DNA of 64,000 nucleotides from Kiritimatiellia bacterium. GTDB lineage: Bacteria; Verrucomicrobiota; Kiritimatiellia; RFP12; UBA1067. Location: positions 32,036 through 96,035 of the forward strand of contig JAVEYH010000002.1 in the NCBI GenBank assembly GCA_034003585.1. The letters run 5' to 3'. Below the pieces are notes generated by a model. That model was not told the origin of the DNA. It was given only the letters and a program-made list of their open reading frames with translations, and did no database searches. Position numbers and translations under genes: made by a program. Below, piece after piece: positions 27,863 to 36,832 of the stretch; the first letter of the stretch is position 1; each line of letters begins with the position of its first letter.

Positions 27863-29533
27863 CTATTCCGCGTTGCGCTGATCCCGTTCCCGGATCTGCA
27901 CGCGGCGGATCTTGCCGCTGATCGTTTTCGGCAGCTCCGGCACAAATTCCACGCGGCGCGGATATTTGTACGGTGCCGTGACGCGTTTGACATGCTCCTG
28001 CAGCGCGCCCGCCAGCGCATCGGAGGGCTCAACCCCCTTGGCAAGAACCACCGTGGCCTTGACCACCTGACCGCGGTCCGGGTCCGGCACGCCCGTCACC
28101 GCGCACTCCAGCACGGCGGGATGCTCCAGCAGCGCGCTTTCCACCTCGAAGGGTCCGATGCGGTACCCGGAGCTCTTGATCACGTCATCCGCCCGACCCA
28201 CAAACCAGAAGTACCCGTCCTCATCGCGCCAGGCCATGTCGCCGGTGTAATAGACCCCATCATGCCACACCCGGCGCGTCAGCTCGGGATCGCGATAGTA
28301 GCCGGTGAACATGCCGAGCGGCCTGGAGCGTTCCGTGCGGATCACCAGTTGCCCCTCCTCGCCCACTTCGCACGGCCGGCCGTCATGCCGGATGAGGTCC
28401 AAGTCATATCCCGGCGCGGCACAGCCCATGGACCCGGGCTTGGGCGTCATCCACGGGAAGGTGCCCGCCACCACCGTCAGCTCCGTCTGGCCGTACGCCT
28501 CATACAGCTTCAGCCCCGTGGCCTCGAGAAACCGCTGATAGACCTCGGGATTGAGCGGCTCGCCGGCCACCACACACCGGGTGAGCGCCGAAAAATCGTA
28601 GCGCGTCAGATCCTCTTTGATGAAATACCGGTACATGGTGGGCGGCGCGCAGAAGGTGGTGACGCGGTAGCGTTCGATGACCCGCAACACCGCCTCGGCG
28701 TGAAAACGGTCCATATCATACACCATGACCGCGCAACCGCACAGCCACTGGCCGTAGATCTTGCCCCACGCGGCTTTGGCCCACCCGGTTTCCGCCAGCG
28801 TCAGGTGCAAGCCGCCCGGCGCGCACCCCTGCCAGTAACGGGCCGTCACCACATGCCCGAAAGGATACAGGAAATCATGCTGCACCATTTTCGGCATGCC
28901 GGTCGTGCCGGAGGTGAAGTAGAGCAGCATCGGATCGCAGGCCCCGGTATCCCGCGCGCAGAGCGCCGCCTCCAGCGGCTCCGGCGAGGCCCGGCCGCAC
29001 GCGGCGTTGAAATCCGTCCAGCCGGAACCGTCGTCCCCGCCGTTCACCAGTGCCCGCGCCCTCACCGGCGCTTCCGCGACCGCCGCATCCACCGCCGCGC
29101 GGATCGCGGGTTCGTTGACGCACAGGATCATGCTGACTCCGGCCGCGCGGATGCGGTACGCGACATCCTTCCGGGTCAGTTGGTTGGTGGCCGGGATCGC
29201 CACGGCCCCCAGCCGGCACAACCCCATCAGCGCGAACCAATACTCGTAGCGCCGTTTCAGGATCAGCATCACGGCATCCCCGCGTCGGATGCCCGCCGCC
29301 GCGAACACGCGGGCCGCCCGGTTGCTGGCGCGCGCGATGTCGCGCAGGGTGAAAACCCGCTCGTTCCCCTGATCGTCGCACCAGACCATCGCGCGCCGAC
29401 CGGGATCCTCCGCCGCCACCGAATCCACCACATCAAAGGCGAAATTGAAGCGTTCGGGCACGTTCAGACGAAATTCCCGGTAGAACGCCTCATACGAATC
29501 GAACACCGTCTGACTCAGCCACGCCTCCCGCAT
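27863..29533 (-). CDS. AMP-forming acyl-CoA synthetase/ligase (medium/short-chain type).
   Basis: It is 556 aa with AMP-binding motif I (YFTSGTTGMPKMV), motif II (YGQTE) and a C-terminal PKTISGKIRR. Confidence 0.85.
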   Translation of the reverse strand: MREAWLSQTVFDSYEAFYREFRLNVPERFNFAFDVVDSVAAEDPGRRAMVWCDDQGNERVFTLRDIARASNRAARVFAAAGIRRGDAVMLILKRRYEYWFALMGLCRLGAVAIPATNQLTRKDVAYRIRAAGVSMILCVNEPAIRAAVDAAVAEAPVRARALVNGGDDGSGWTDFNAACGRASPEPLEAALCARDTGACDPMLLYFTSGTTGMPKMVQHDFLYPFGHVVTARYWQGCAPGGLHLTLAETGWAKAAWGKIYGQWLCGCAVMVYDMDRFHAEAVLRVIERYRVTTFCAPPTMYRYFIKEDLTRYDFSALTRCVVAGEPLNPEVYQRFLEATGLKLYEAYGQTELTVVAGTFPWMTPKPGSMGCAAPGYDLDLIRHDGRPCEVGEEGQLVIRTERSRPLGMFTGYYRDPELTRRVWHDGVYYTGDMAWRDEDGYFWFVGRADDVIKSSGYRIGPFEVESALLEHPAVLECAVTGVPDPDRGQVVKATVVLAKGVEPSDALAGALQEHVKRVTAPYKYPRRVEFVPELPKTISGKIRRVQIRERDQRNAE

Positions 29534-29548
29534 ACGCCTCCCCTCCGG

Positions 29549-30100
29549 TTATGCGGTGATCACCGCCAGAAACGTGGCCTCCGCGCCCTCCTCCGCCCGC
29601 ATGCCGTGCGGCACCGAGGCGTCGAAATAGATGCTGTCCCCCGGCGCCAGCACCGTTTCATGGCCGCCCACCGAAAGCCGCAGCCGGCCGCTCAGCACGT
29701 AATTGAACTCCTGGCCGGGATGGGTGTTGAGATGCGGGGTGTCCAGCGCGGGCCCCACCGTCACAATGAACGGCTCCATGGTTTTGCCCGCGAACCGCGC
29801 GCCCAGCGCCTCGTAGTGATAGGCGTGCCGCCGCTCGACCACCGGGCCGCCTCCTTTCCGCGTCACATGGAAGACCCGGGCGTGCGCGTCGCCGCCTGTG
29901 AGCAGGGCCGTGACCTCGACCTGATAAAAGGCGGCCAGCCGCGAGAGGTAGCTCATGGGCACGTCTTCCGCCCCGGTCTCATACCGCATGTAGGTTTCGG
30001 GCGGGACCCCGGTTCGGGAGGCGACCTCCCGACACGAACGCTCCGACGCTTCCCTCAACCCCCGGATCCGCACCGCGATCTCGCGCCTCTCGTTTGTCAC
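29549..30100 (-). CDS. XRE-family HTH transcriptional regulator with a C-terminal cupin domain.
   Basis: It is 183 aa with an N-terminal HTH (IRGLREASERSCREVASRTGVPPETYMRYETG) and a C-terminal cupin (HPGQEFNYVLSGRLRLSVGGHETVLAPGDSIYFDASVPHGM). Confidence 0.75.
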   Translation of the reverse strand: MTNERREIAVRIRGLREASERSCREVASRTGVPPETYMRYETGAEDVPMSYLSRLAAFYQVEVTALLTGGDAHARVFHVTRKGGGPVVERRHAYHYEALGARFAGKTMEPFIVTVGPALDTPHLNTHPGQEFNYVLSGRLRLSVGGHETVLAPGDSIYFDASVPHGMRAEEGAEATFLAVITA

Positions 30101-30127
30101 AGCCCCCTCCCCCGCACTGCGGCGCCG

Positions 30128-31543
30128 CTACAACGCCACGTTCTTGTCCAGCCAGGCCTCGGCCTCACGCATCAGCAGACGGTTCTTCTCGACCAGCGAC
30201 GGCTTGTTCTTGAAACTCGCGTCGAGCGCCGCCAGCAGATGCGCGTCTTGCAGGCCGGTCACGCCGAGCCGGGCCAGGGCCGCGAGCATCATGGTGTTCG
30301 CGGCTTTGGGAACCCCCATGTTGATCGCCAGATCGATCGCGGGCATGGTGACCACGCGCACCCGTTCCGGCACGGGTACTTGCTGCGGTACCGTCGCGTC
30401 CACGATCACCGTCCCGCCGGGTTTCACATCCTTCACAAACCGTTCGAAAGAGGGTTGGTTCATGCACACCAGCACATCCGGATGATCCACGGCGGGCGAT
30501 CCGATCGGCCGGCCGGAGAGGACCACCGAACAGGCGGCCGAACCGCCGCGCTGTTCCGGTCCGTACGTGGGAAACCAAGTCGTGAAACGCCGTTCGAGCC
30601 GCGCGGCCTCGGCCACGCAGATGCCGAGGCTCAGAATGCCCTGACCGCCGTAGCCCGTGAATTTGAGACGCAATTCGCCGAACGTCTCGTCCGTCACCGC
30701 CTCCGGCACCGGATGTTGCGCGGACGCGCCGAAGAAGGCTTCGACCGAAGGCGCGGGAGCCGCGGCCGGGCGGGGCTGCGCCGCGGCCTGCCGGTCACGC
30801 AGGCATCCCAACGGGTACTCTTGTTCCATCTGCTCCACACAGAAAAGCGCGGCCGCAACCGAATCGAGGCCCAGATTGGTGGGGCAAGGCGAGAGGAACT
30901 CGACAAACGCGTACCCTTTGCCGTCGCGCTGGATCTCCAGCGCCTTGCGCACGGCGCGTTTGGCCTGCATGATCCGCTTGGTGTCGGCCACCGATACGCG
31001 CTCAATGTAGACCGGGGCCTTCAACTGATCGAGCACTTCGCAAACGTGCAGCGGATATCCGGCGGTCAGCGGATCGCGCCCGAACGGCGAGGTGGTGGTC
31101 CTCATCCCTTCCAGCGAGGTCGGCGCCATCTGTCCGCCGGTCATGCCGTAAATCGCGTTGTTGACGAAAAAGACCGCCATGTGCTCACCGCGGCTCGCCG
31201 CCTGAAACGTGTGGTTGAACCCGATGGCGCCCAGATCGCCGTCCCCCTGGTACGAGAGAACCACCGCATCGCGCCGCACGCGGTTGATCGCCGTGCCGAC
31301 CGCGGGCGCGCGCCCGTGCGCCGCCCCGACGTTGGCGCAATCCCAGTAGTAATACCCGAACACCGCGCACCCGATCGGGTTGACGAGGATCGTGCGATCC
31401 TGGATCCCGAGTTCGGTCAGCGCCTCGGCGATCAGCTTGTGGATGATCCCGTGCCCGCAGCCGGCGCAGTAGTGGGTCGACCGCGTCTCCTTGCCGCTGC
31501 GGACAAAGGTCTCGTACATCCCGACTGTCTTCTTTTCTGTCAT
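30128..31543 (-). CDS. 2-oxoacid:ferredoxin oxidoreductase beta subunit (TPP-binding) fused to a gamma-subunit domain.
   Basis: The N-terminal half carries the Cys ligands and the TPP motif (HYCAGCGHG...GDGDLGAIGFNHTFQAA...NNAIYGMTGGQ). The C-terminal ~180 aa (FTGYGGQGILSLGICVAEAA...VLVCMNQPSFERF) look like the gamma (KorC/PorC) subunit. Confidence 0.8.
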   Translation of the reverse strand: MTEKKTVGMYETFVRSGKETRSTHYCAGCGHGIIHKLIAEALTELGIQDRTILVNPIGCAVFGYYYWDCANVGAAHGRAPAVGTAINRVRRDAVVLSYQGDGDLGAIGFNHTFQAASRGEHMAVFFVNNAIYGMTGGQMAPTSLEGMRTTTSPFGRDPLTAGYPLHVCEVLDQLKAPVYIERVSVADTKRIMQAKRAVRKALEIQRDGKGYAFVEFLSPCPTNLGLDSVAAALFCVEQMEQEYPLGCLRDRQAAAQPRPAAAPAPSVEAFFGASAQHPVPEAVTDETFGELRLKFTGYGGQGILSLGICVAEAARLERRFTTWFPTYGPEQRGGSAACSVVLSGRPIGSPAVDHPDVLVCMNQPSFERFVKDVKPGGTVIVDATVPQQVPVPERVRVVTMPAIDLAINMGVPKAANTMMLAALARLGVTGLQDAHLLAALDASFKNKPSLVEKNRLLMREAEAWLDKNVAL

Positions 31544-31552
31544 GCCCGAATC

Positions 31553-32608
31553 CTATCGTTTCCCGACCGCGCGAGCGGCTTGCACCACATCCTCCACCGT
31601 CATCACCATGCCGCCCAGCCGGTTGCAGAGCGCGATGGGCTGAACGCGGCCGCCCTCTTTGGCCAGGTGCAGCAGCACATCATCCCGGAACTGGCCCGCG
31701 CTCAGCTCGACGGCCAGACCCCGGCGCCCTTCGAGCGCGGCGCACATCGCCGCGGCCGGGAACGGGTTCAGCGTGACGGGGCGGAACACGCCCGCGCGGA
31801 TTCCCTCCGCGCGCAGCGCTTCGGCGGCGGTCCGGCAGATCCGGCTGGAAATCCCGTAGGCGAGAAGCACCAGCTCGGCATCGTCGCACAGGTAGGTTTC
31901 ATGCCGCGCCTCCGCGCGCATCGCCGCATATTTGGCCTGCAGACGCAGATTGTGCTCCTCCTGCGCGGCGGCGTCCAGGTAGATCGAGGTGACCAGATGC
32001 GTGCGCGTCGCGGCGGTGCCGTGCAGCGCCCAATCGGAGGTATCCGGCCGCGGCGACTCGCGTTCCGGCAGAACCAGCGTCTCCATCATCTGTCCCAACA
32101 GCCCGTCCGCCAGCACGATCGCCGGAGTGCGGTAGGCGAAGGCCAGCCCGAACGCGCGCACAGTCAGGTCGCACATCTCCTGCACGCTCGCCGGGGCCAC
32201 CACCGCGCAGGCGTAATTGCCGTGGCCGCCGCCTTTGACCGCCTGGTTGTAATCCCCCTGCTCGGGATAGACGTTGCCCAGCCCCGGACCGGCGCGCATC
32301 ACGTTGACGATCACGCCGGGAAGATTCGCGCCCGCCATGTAGGAGAGCCCCTCCTGCATCAGGCTCATGCCCGGACCCGATGTCGCGGTCATGGCGAGCG
32401 TGCCCGCCGCCGCCGCACCGTAGACCATGTTGATCGAGGCGGTCTCGCACTCCGCCTGCAGGAACTCCCGCCCCACCGACGGGAACCACTTCGCCGCGGC
32501 GTGCGCGATCTCGCTGGCCGGCGTGATCGGATAACCGAAATAGACATCGCACCCGGCATACAGGGCACCGATCACCACCGCCTCGTTGCCTTTCACAAAT
32601 CGGGTCAT
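31553..32608 (-). CDS. 2-oxoacid:ferredoxin oxidoreductase alpha subunit.
   Basis: It is 351 aa and begins MTRFVKGNEAVVIGALYAGCDVYFGYPITPASEI, typical of Por/Vor/KorA. Confidence 0.85.
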   Translation of the reverse strand: MTRFVKGNEAVVIGALYAGCDVYFGYPITPASEIAHAAAKWFPSVGREFLQAECETASINMVYGAAAAGTLAMTATSGPGMSLMQEGLSYMAGANLPGVIVNVMRAGPGLGNVYPEQGDYNQAVKGGGHGNYACAVVAPASVQEMCDLTVRAFGLAFAYRTPAIVLADGLLGQMMETLVLPERESPRPDTSDWALHGTAATRTHLVTSIYLDAAAQEEHNLRLQAKYAAMRAEARHETYLCDDAELVLLAYGISSRICRTAAEALRAEGIRAGVFRPVTLNPFPAAAMCAALEGRRGLAVELSAGQFRDDVLLHLAKEGGRVQPIALCNRLGGMVMTVEDVVQAARAVGKR

Positions 32609-32652
32609 GCTGCTTCACTCCCGGGACGGGCCCGCGGCCCCGTCCGCTCGCG

Positions 32653-32898
32653 TTATTCGGGTTTCTCGATCCGGATCGCATACGGCTCCGGACAGTTGTA
32701 AAAACAGATGGCGCACCCCGTGCACCCCTCGCCCGCGTACTCCGCGGGTTTCACGCCGCGGCGGTTGAGCCGATCCGCAAGCCGCAGGCATTTCTTGGGG
32801 CACGCGTTCACGCAGCGTCCGCAACTTTTGCACTCGTCCGCGTCGATCACGGGACGCGGCCTGCCTTGCGGATTGGCTTTCTGCTCCTCTTCAGACAT
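32653..32898 (-). CDS. 4Fe-4S ferredoxin-type delta subunit of the oxidoreductase.
   Basis: It is 81 aa with two CxxCxxCxxxCP clusters (CKSCGRCVNACP and CTGCAICFYNCP). Confidence 0.8.
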   Translation of the reverse strand: MSEEEQKANPQGRPRPVIDADECKSCGRCVNACPKKCLRLADRLNRRGVKPAEYAGEGCTGCAICFYNCPEPYAIRIEKPE

Positions 32899-32999
32899 GT
32901 CGTCTCCTCATCCTTCGCCCGTGTCGTTTCCCTGGGTTCTTCCGCCGCCCCGGTTCCGCACGAAATGATTCTGCATGCCGACCCGAATCGTCAACCGGC

Positions 33000-34520
33000 C
33001 TACTCCGCGATTTTGCCGGGGGCACGGTTGCCTTTGCCGCGTACGCCCCTGATTTTGTCGCCCAGTTCCATTCGGGCCGCGTCCCCGATTCGGGCCAGCT
33101 CTTTCACCACGTCAGGAAAGCTTGCGGCAACGTCGGTCGTCTCCGAGACGTCGTTCTTCAGATTGTACAGTTCCCTTTGGGTGAGGGTGCCGGTACGGCA
33201 GGGACCGGGAAAGCCGTCCCTTCCGGGTTCAACGCCACGGTAGGAGCGGTACTTGTGCGGGAAATACAATTTCCAGTCGCCTTTGCGGACGGCGATCAGT
33301 TCGCCGCCGTAATAGCACCAGAATTCGTCGCGGGGAGTGACGTCCTCCCCCCTCAAAAGCGGAAGGAGACTCACGCCGTCGATTTTGTTTTCCGGCAGTT
33401 TCGCGCCGGTCAGATCCGCAAGCGTCGGCAGAATATCGAGGGTGGAGGCCAATTTTTCCACTGTTTTTCCGGCCCCGATCTTTCCCGGCCACCAGAAAAT
33501 ACAGGGTTCGCGGTGGCCGCCTTCCCACATGGCGCCCTTGCCCTCGCGCAGGGGGAAGGCGGAGCCGGCGTGGTTTCCGAAATTCAGCCACGGGCCGTTA
33601 TCGGACGTGAAGATCACGAGCGTGTTCTGATCCAGTCCGTTTTCTTTCAAGGCCTTCACCACTTCGCCCACCGACCAGTCCACTTCCATCATCACGTCGC
33701 CGAACAGGCCCTGTTTGCTTTTCCCTTTGAATTGATCGGAGACGGCGATGGGCACGTGTACCATCGAATGCGGCAGATAGAGAAAGAACGGATTTTTTCT
33801 GTTTTCCCGTATGAATTGCACGGCCCGTTCGGTGTAGAGCGTGGTTAACTCGCCCTGTTCCCTAAGGGTCCAGATTTCGCGCAGGGTTTCGTTTCCTTCC
33901 ATCAGCGGAAGGGGCGGGTACGGGGCTTTCCGCCGGACGGGTTGGTTCGCTTTGTTTTGATAAGGGACCCCGTCGTAATCGACCGGCCACATATCGTTGG
34001 AATAGGGAACCCCGAAATATTCGTCGAACCCCTGCTGCAACGGCAGAAATTTGCGGTGGTGCCCCAGGTGCCATTTCCCGACAATGGCCGTGCGGTACCC
34101 CAGCGGTTTCAACATTTCGGCCAGGGTCACTTCATTGGGGTTCAGCCCTTCTTTCGCCGAAGGGGAATACGCACCCCGGACGCTCACCCGGTCGGGGTAA
34201 CAACCGGTCATCAGCGCGGCCCGCGAAGCGCTGCACACGGCCGTGCCGGCATAAAAACTGGTGAACCGCATGCCTTCGGCGGCCAGTTGATCGAGGTGGG
34301 GCGTTTGATACCCGGTGGCGCCAAAACTGCCGATGTCGGCGTATCCCATGTCATCCATGAAAATCAGGACGATATTGGGAAGCTGTTTCCGCGGGACGTT
34401 CTGGCACGAAGAACCACCCATCACAACCAGAAGCAGGAGCAGGATCGGGTTGATCAAAAACCCCTTTTCAGGGAGCGCGGACACACGCGCACGGGTTCTG
34501 GTCTGATCTCGACTTTTCAT
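33000..34520 (-). CDS. Sulfatase (arylsulfatase family, Cys-type formylglycine site).
   Basis: The ATG at 34520 (MKSRDQ...) follows a signal/TM region. It carries PNIVLIFMDDMGYADIG...CSASRAALMTG (the C-x-A-S-R FGly motif). Confidence 0.85.
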   Translation of the reverse strand: MKSRDQTRTRARVSALPEKGFLINPILLLLLVVMGGSSCQNVPRKQLPNIVLIFMDDMGYADIGSFGATGYQTPHLDQLAAEGMRFTSFYAGTAVCSASRAALMTGCYPDRVSVRGAYSPSAKEGLNPNEVTLAEMLKPLGYRTAIVGKWHLGHHRKFLPLQQGFDEYFGVPYSNDMWPVDYDGVPYQNKANQPVRRKAPYPPLPLMEGNETLREIWTLREQGELTTLYTERAVQFIRENRKNPFFLYLPHSMVHVPIAVSDQFKGKSKQGLFGDVMMEVDWSVGEVVKALKENGLDQNTLVIFTSDNGPWLNFGNHAGSAFPLREGKGAMWEGGHREPCIFWWPGKIGAGKTVEKLASTLDILPTLADLTGAKLPENKIDGVSLLPLLRGEDVTPRDEFWCYYGGELIAVRKGDWKLYFPHKYRSYRGVEPGRDGFPGPCRTGTLTQRELYNLKNDVSETTDVAASFPDVVKELARIGDAARMELGDKIRGVRGKGNRAPGKIAE

Positions 34521-34552
34521 GGGGTGAACGTAACAGAGTGCGGGGGAAAGAG

Positions 34553-35401
34553 TCAAGACCCGGAACCGGGGATGCGGCCATCGGTTGGCGGCGGGCTCCC
34601 CGCCTGCGCTTCGCCCTTTTCCCCCGCCTTGACGGCCTCCCACACGGCATCGAGTTCCTCCAGCGTGCTGCCCTGGAACATCCGGCCTTGCGCGCGGAGA
34701 CGACGCTCGACTTCGCGGAAACGCCGGTCGAATTTGCGGTTCGCGGCCTCCAGCGCCTGTTCGGCGTCCACATCCAGAAAACGGCAGGTGTTGACCAGGG
34801 AGAACAGCAGATCGCCCATCTCCTCCGTGACGCGCTGCGGATCACCGGCGGCGGCGGCCTCCTGCAGTTCGGCCAGCTCTTCCCCGACCTTGGCGGTGGC
34901 GCCCGCGGCGTTCTGCCAGTCGAACCCCACACGCGAGGCCTTGGCCTGCATGCGTTGCGCCTTGAGCAGGGCCGGCAGACTCCGGGGCACCCCGTCCAGC
35001 GCGGAACGGTTTACCGGCTTGCCCGGCTCGGTCTGCTTGATCGCCTCCCAATTCCTCAGGACCTGGCCGGACGAGCCGACCCGCACCTCGCCGAACACAT
35101 GCGGGTGCCGCCGGATCAGTTTGTCGGCCAGGGTCCGCGCCACCTCGTCGAACGTGAAGCGTCCCTCCTCCTCCCGGATCGCGCACTGGAACACCACCTG
35201 CAGCAGCACATCGCCCAGCTCTTCGCAATGGTGGGCGGGATCCCCGCTGTCCATCGCCTCCAGCAGTTCATAGGCCTCTTCCAGCAGGCAGGGTTTCAGC
35301 GTCTGCAGCGTCTGTTCCCGATCCCACGGGCACCCGCCCGGCGCGCGCAAACGGCGCATCACCTCATCCAACCAGGCGATCCCGCTGAATGTCCGTTCCA
35401 T
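34553..35401 (-). CDS. mazG: Nucleoside triphosphate pyrophosphohydrolase MazG.
   Basis: The ATG at 35401 (MERTFSGIAWLDEVMRRLRAPGGCPWDREQT) has a GGGAGGGAG RBS. It has two tandem MazG domains (EELGDVLLQV... and EEMGDLLFSL...). Confidence 0.85.
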   Translation of the reverse strand: MERTFSGIAWLDEVMRRLRAPGGCPWDREQTLQTLKPCLLEEAYELLEAMDSGDPAHHCEELGDVLLQVVFQCAIREEEGRFTFDEVARTLADKLIRRHPHVFGEVRVGSSGQVLRNWEAIKQTEPGKPVNRSALDGVPRSLPALLKAQRMQAKASRVGFDWQNAAGATAKVGEELAELQEAAAAGDPQRVTEEMGDLLFSLVNTCRFLDVDAEQALEAANRKFDRRFREVERRLRAQGRMFQGSTLEELDAVWEAVKAGEKGEAQAGSPPPTDGRIPGSGS

Positions 35402-35488
35402 ACTCCCTCCCGGCAAAAAAGACGCGGCCCCGTTCGGCATCCAAACGGGGCCTTCCCGGCCTGACGGCGCTCCGTACCCCCGCGCGCC

Positions 35489-36169
35489 TCAGATGCGCAG
35501 AATCCGGCAGACCTCGGTGAGCAGTCCGGACGAATATTCGGTGATGCGCGCATCGCTGCCGCTGATGTCCTGATACTCGACCAGCGGATGGGGCTTGACC
35601 AGCACGCCGAACCCGGAGGTCAGCGCACCCTTGACGGAGAGCCCGCTCCCCGCAACAGCCACGCACAGCCGCTCATGCAGATCGTACTTGCGCGCCACGC
35701 GGCGCCAGCCTTCCCATCCGCAGCAACAGAACCCCGGCATCGCCTCGTGTGAAATGATCAGCTTCTCCGGATCACTGTCGCCGAACCGCGCCCGCACCGC
35801 CTCGACGTCGGCGCGCGTCATCAGGATGACCTTCACCCCTTTCGTCAGCGCCGCCTTGACGAACGCCACGAATCCGGCCGGGATTTCGTCCAGGGCGGCG
35901 GTCAGCGCCTCTCCGAACCGCGCGTTGCAGTCCGCCGCCAGCGCCGCCGCGTCCGCCGTTTTCTGCGCCTTGGCGCACAGCGCGTTCAACCCGGAGGTGA
36001 ACGACCTGCCGCAGAACGCTTTCGCCGCGCACTTGGCGTCAAACGCGATACCCTCCGCGGCCAACCGTTCGCGGCAGATCTCCTGCATCAGCGCATGGCC
36101 GGGAAGCACCGCGAAATCCATTTCGACAATCAGACCGCGCGGCAATTGAGCGGCTTGGGAATGACTCAT
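35489..36169 (-). CDS. Hypothetical protein, possibly a HAD-like hydrolase fold (weak).
   Basis: It is 226 aa. The segment GLIVEMDFAVLPG loosely resembles HAD motif I, with Glu where the nucleophile Asp is expected. No confident family assignment is possible. Confidence 0.3.
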   Translation of the reverse strand: MSHSQAAQLPRGLIVEMDFAVLPGHALMQEICRERLAAEGIAFDAKCAAKAFCGRSFTSGLNALCAKAQKTADAAALAADCNARFGEALTAALDEIPAGFVAFVKAALTKGVKVILMTRADVEAVRARFGDSDPEKLIISHEAMPGFCCCGWEGWRRVARKYDLHERLCVAVAGSGLSVKGALTSGFGVLVKPHPLVEYQDISGSDARITEYSSGLLTEVCRILRI

Positions 36170-36316
36170 CTTCTCGACTCCTCACTTGTTGCTTCTTGCT
36201 GTATCAAAATGCCCACCTACTTTACCCGTTCCCCTCACCTGCGGTCAAGCGCCGGTTCTGCGCCGACTTCCGGAACGGTTGAATCCCGGCACGGAATGCG
36301 CCATACTGGGAACGTC

Positions 36317-36799
36317 ATGGATATTCCCGTCACCCCCGCCATCCGCGCCCTGCGCGCCGCGGAGGCCGCATTCGAACCGCGGGTCTACGACTACGCGGAA
36401 CACGGCGGCACCGCGCATGCCGCCCGCTGCCTCAACGTGCCGGAGCACGCCACCGTCAAGACCATCGTGATGGAGACGGACGCGCGCAAACCGCTCCTCG
36501 TGCTGATGCACGGCGACTGCGAGATCTCCACCAAACAACTGGCCCGCGCCCTCGGCGTCAGATCCGTCGCGCCGTGCGCCCCCGACACCGCCACCCGGCA
36601 CACCGGCTATCCGGTCGGCGGCACCAGCCCCTTCGGGACCCGCAAACCCCTGCCCATCTATGCCGAGGCCACGATCTTCAGCCTGCCGCACCTCTACATC
36701 AACGGCGGCCGCAGGGGCTTGCTGGTGAAACTCGCGCCCGAGGTGATCGAGCGGATGCTCCGGCCGGCGCGCGTCACCGTGGCGATCCCCGCGCCGTGA
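36317..36799 (+). CDS. ybaK: Cys-tRNA(Pro)/Cys-tRNA(Cys) deacylase YbaK/EbsC.
   Basis: The ATG at 36317 (MDIPVTPAIRALRAAEAAFEPRVYDY) gives a 160-aa protein. It has HTGYPVGGTSPFGTRKPLPIY, the YbaK signature. Confidence 0.8.
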   Translation: MDIPVTPAIRALRAAEAAFEPRVYDYAEHGGTAHAARCLNVPEHATVKTIVMETDARKPLLVLMHGDCEISTKQLARALGVRSVAPCAPDTATRHTGYPVGGTSPFGTRKPLPIYAEATIFSLPHLYINGGRRGLLVKLAPEVIERMLRPARVTVAIPAP

Positions 36800-36832
36800 C
36801 GGCCGCGCGCCGCGGCGTCTCTGGCCCATAAG

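Noticed and set aside
27701-32701. 1666-aa plus-strand ORF spanning the whole kor/acs cluster
   Set aside because: It is antisense to five genes with unmistakable motifs (TPP, AMP-binding, ferredoxin) on the minus strand. The antisense strand of GC-rich coding DNA is depleted in stop codons, and its translation is low-complexity R/G/A/P-rich.
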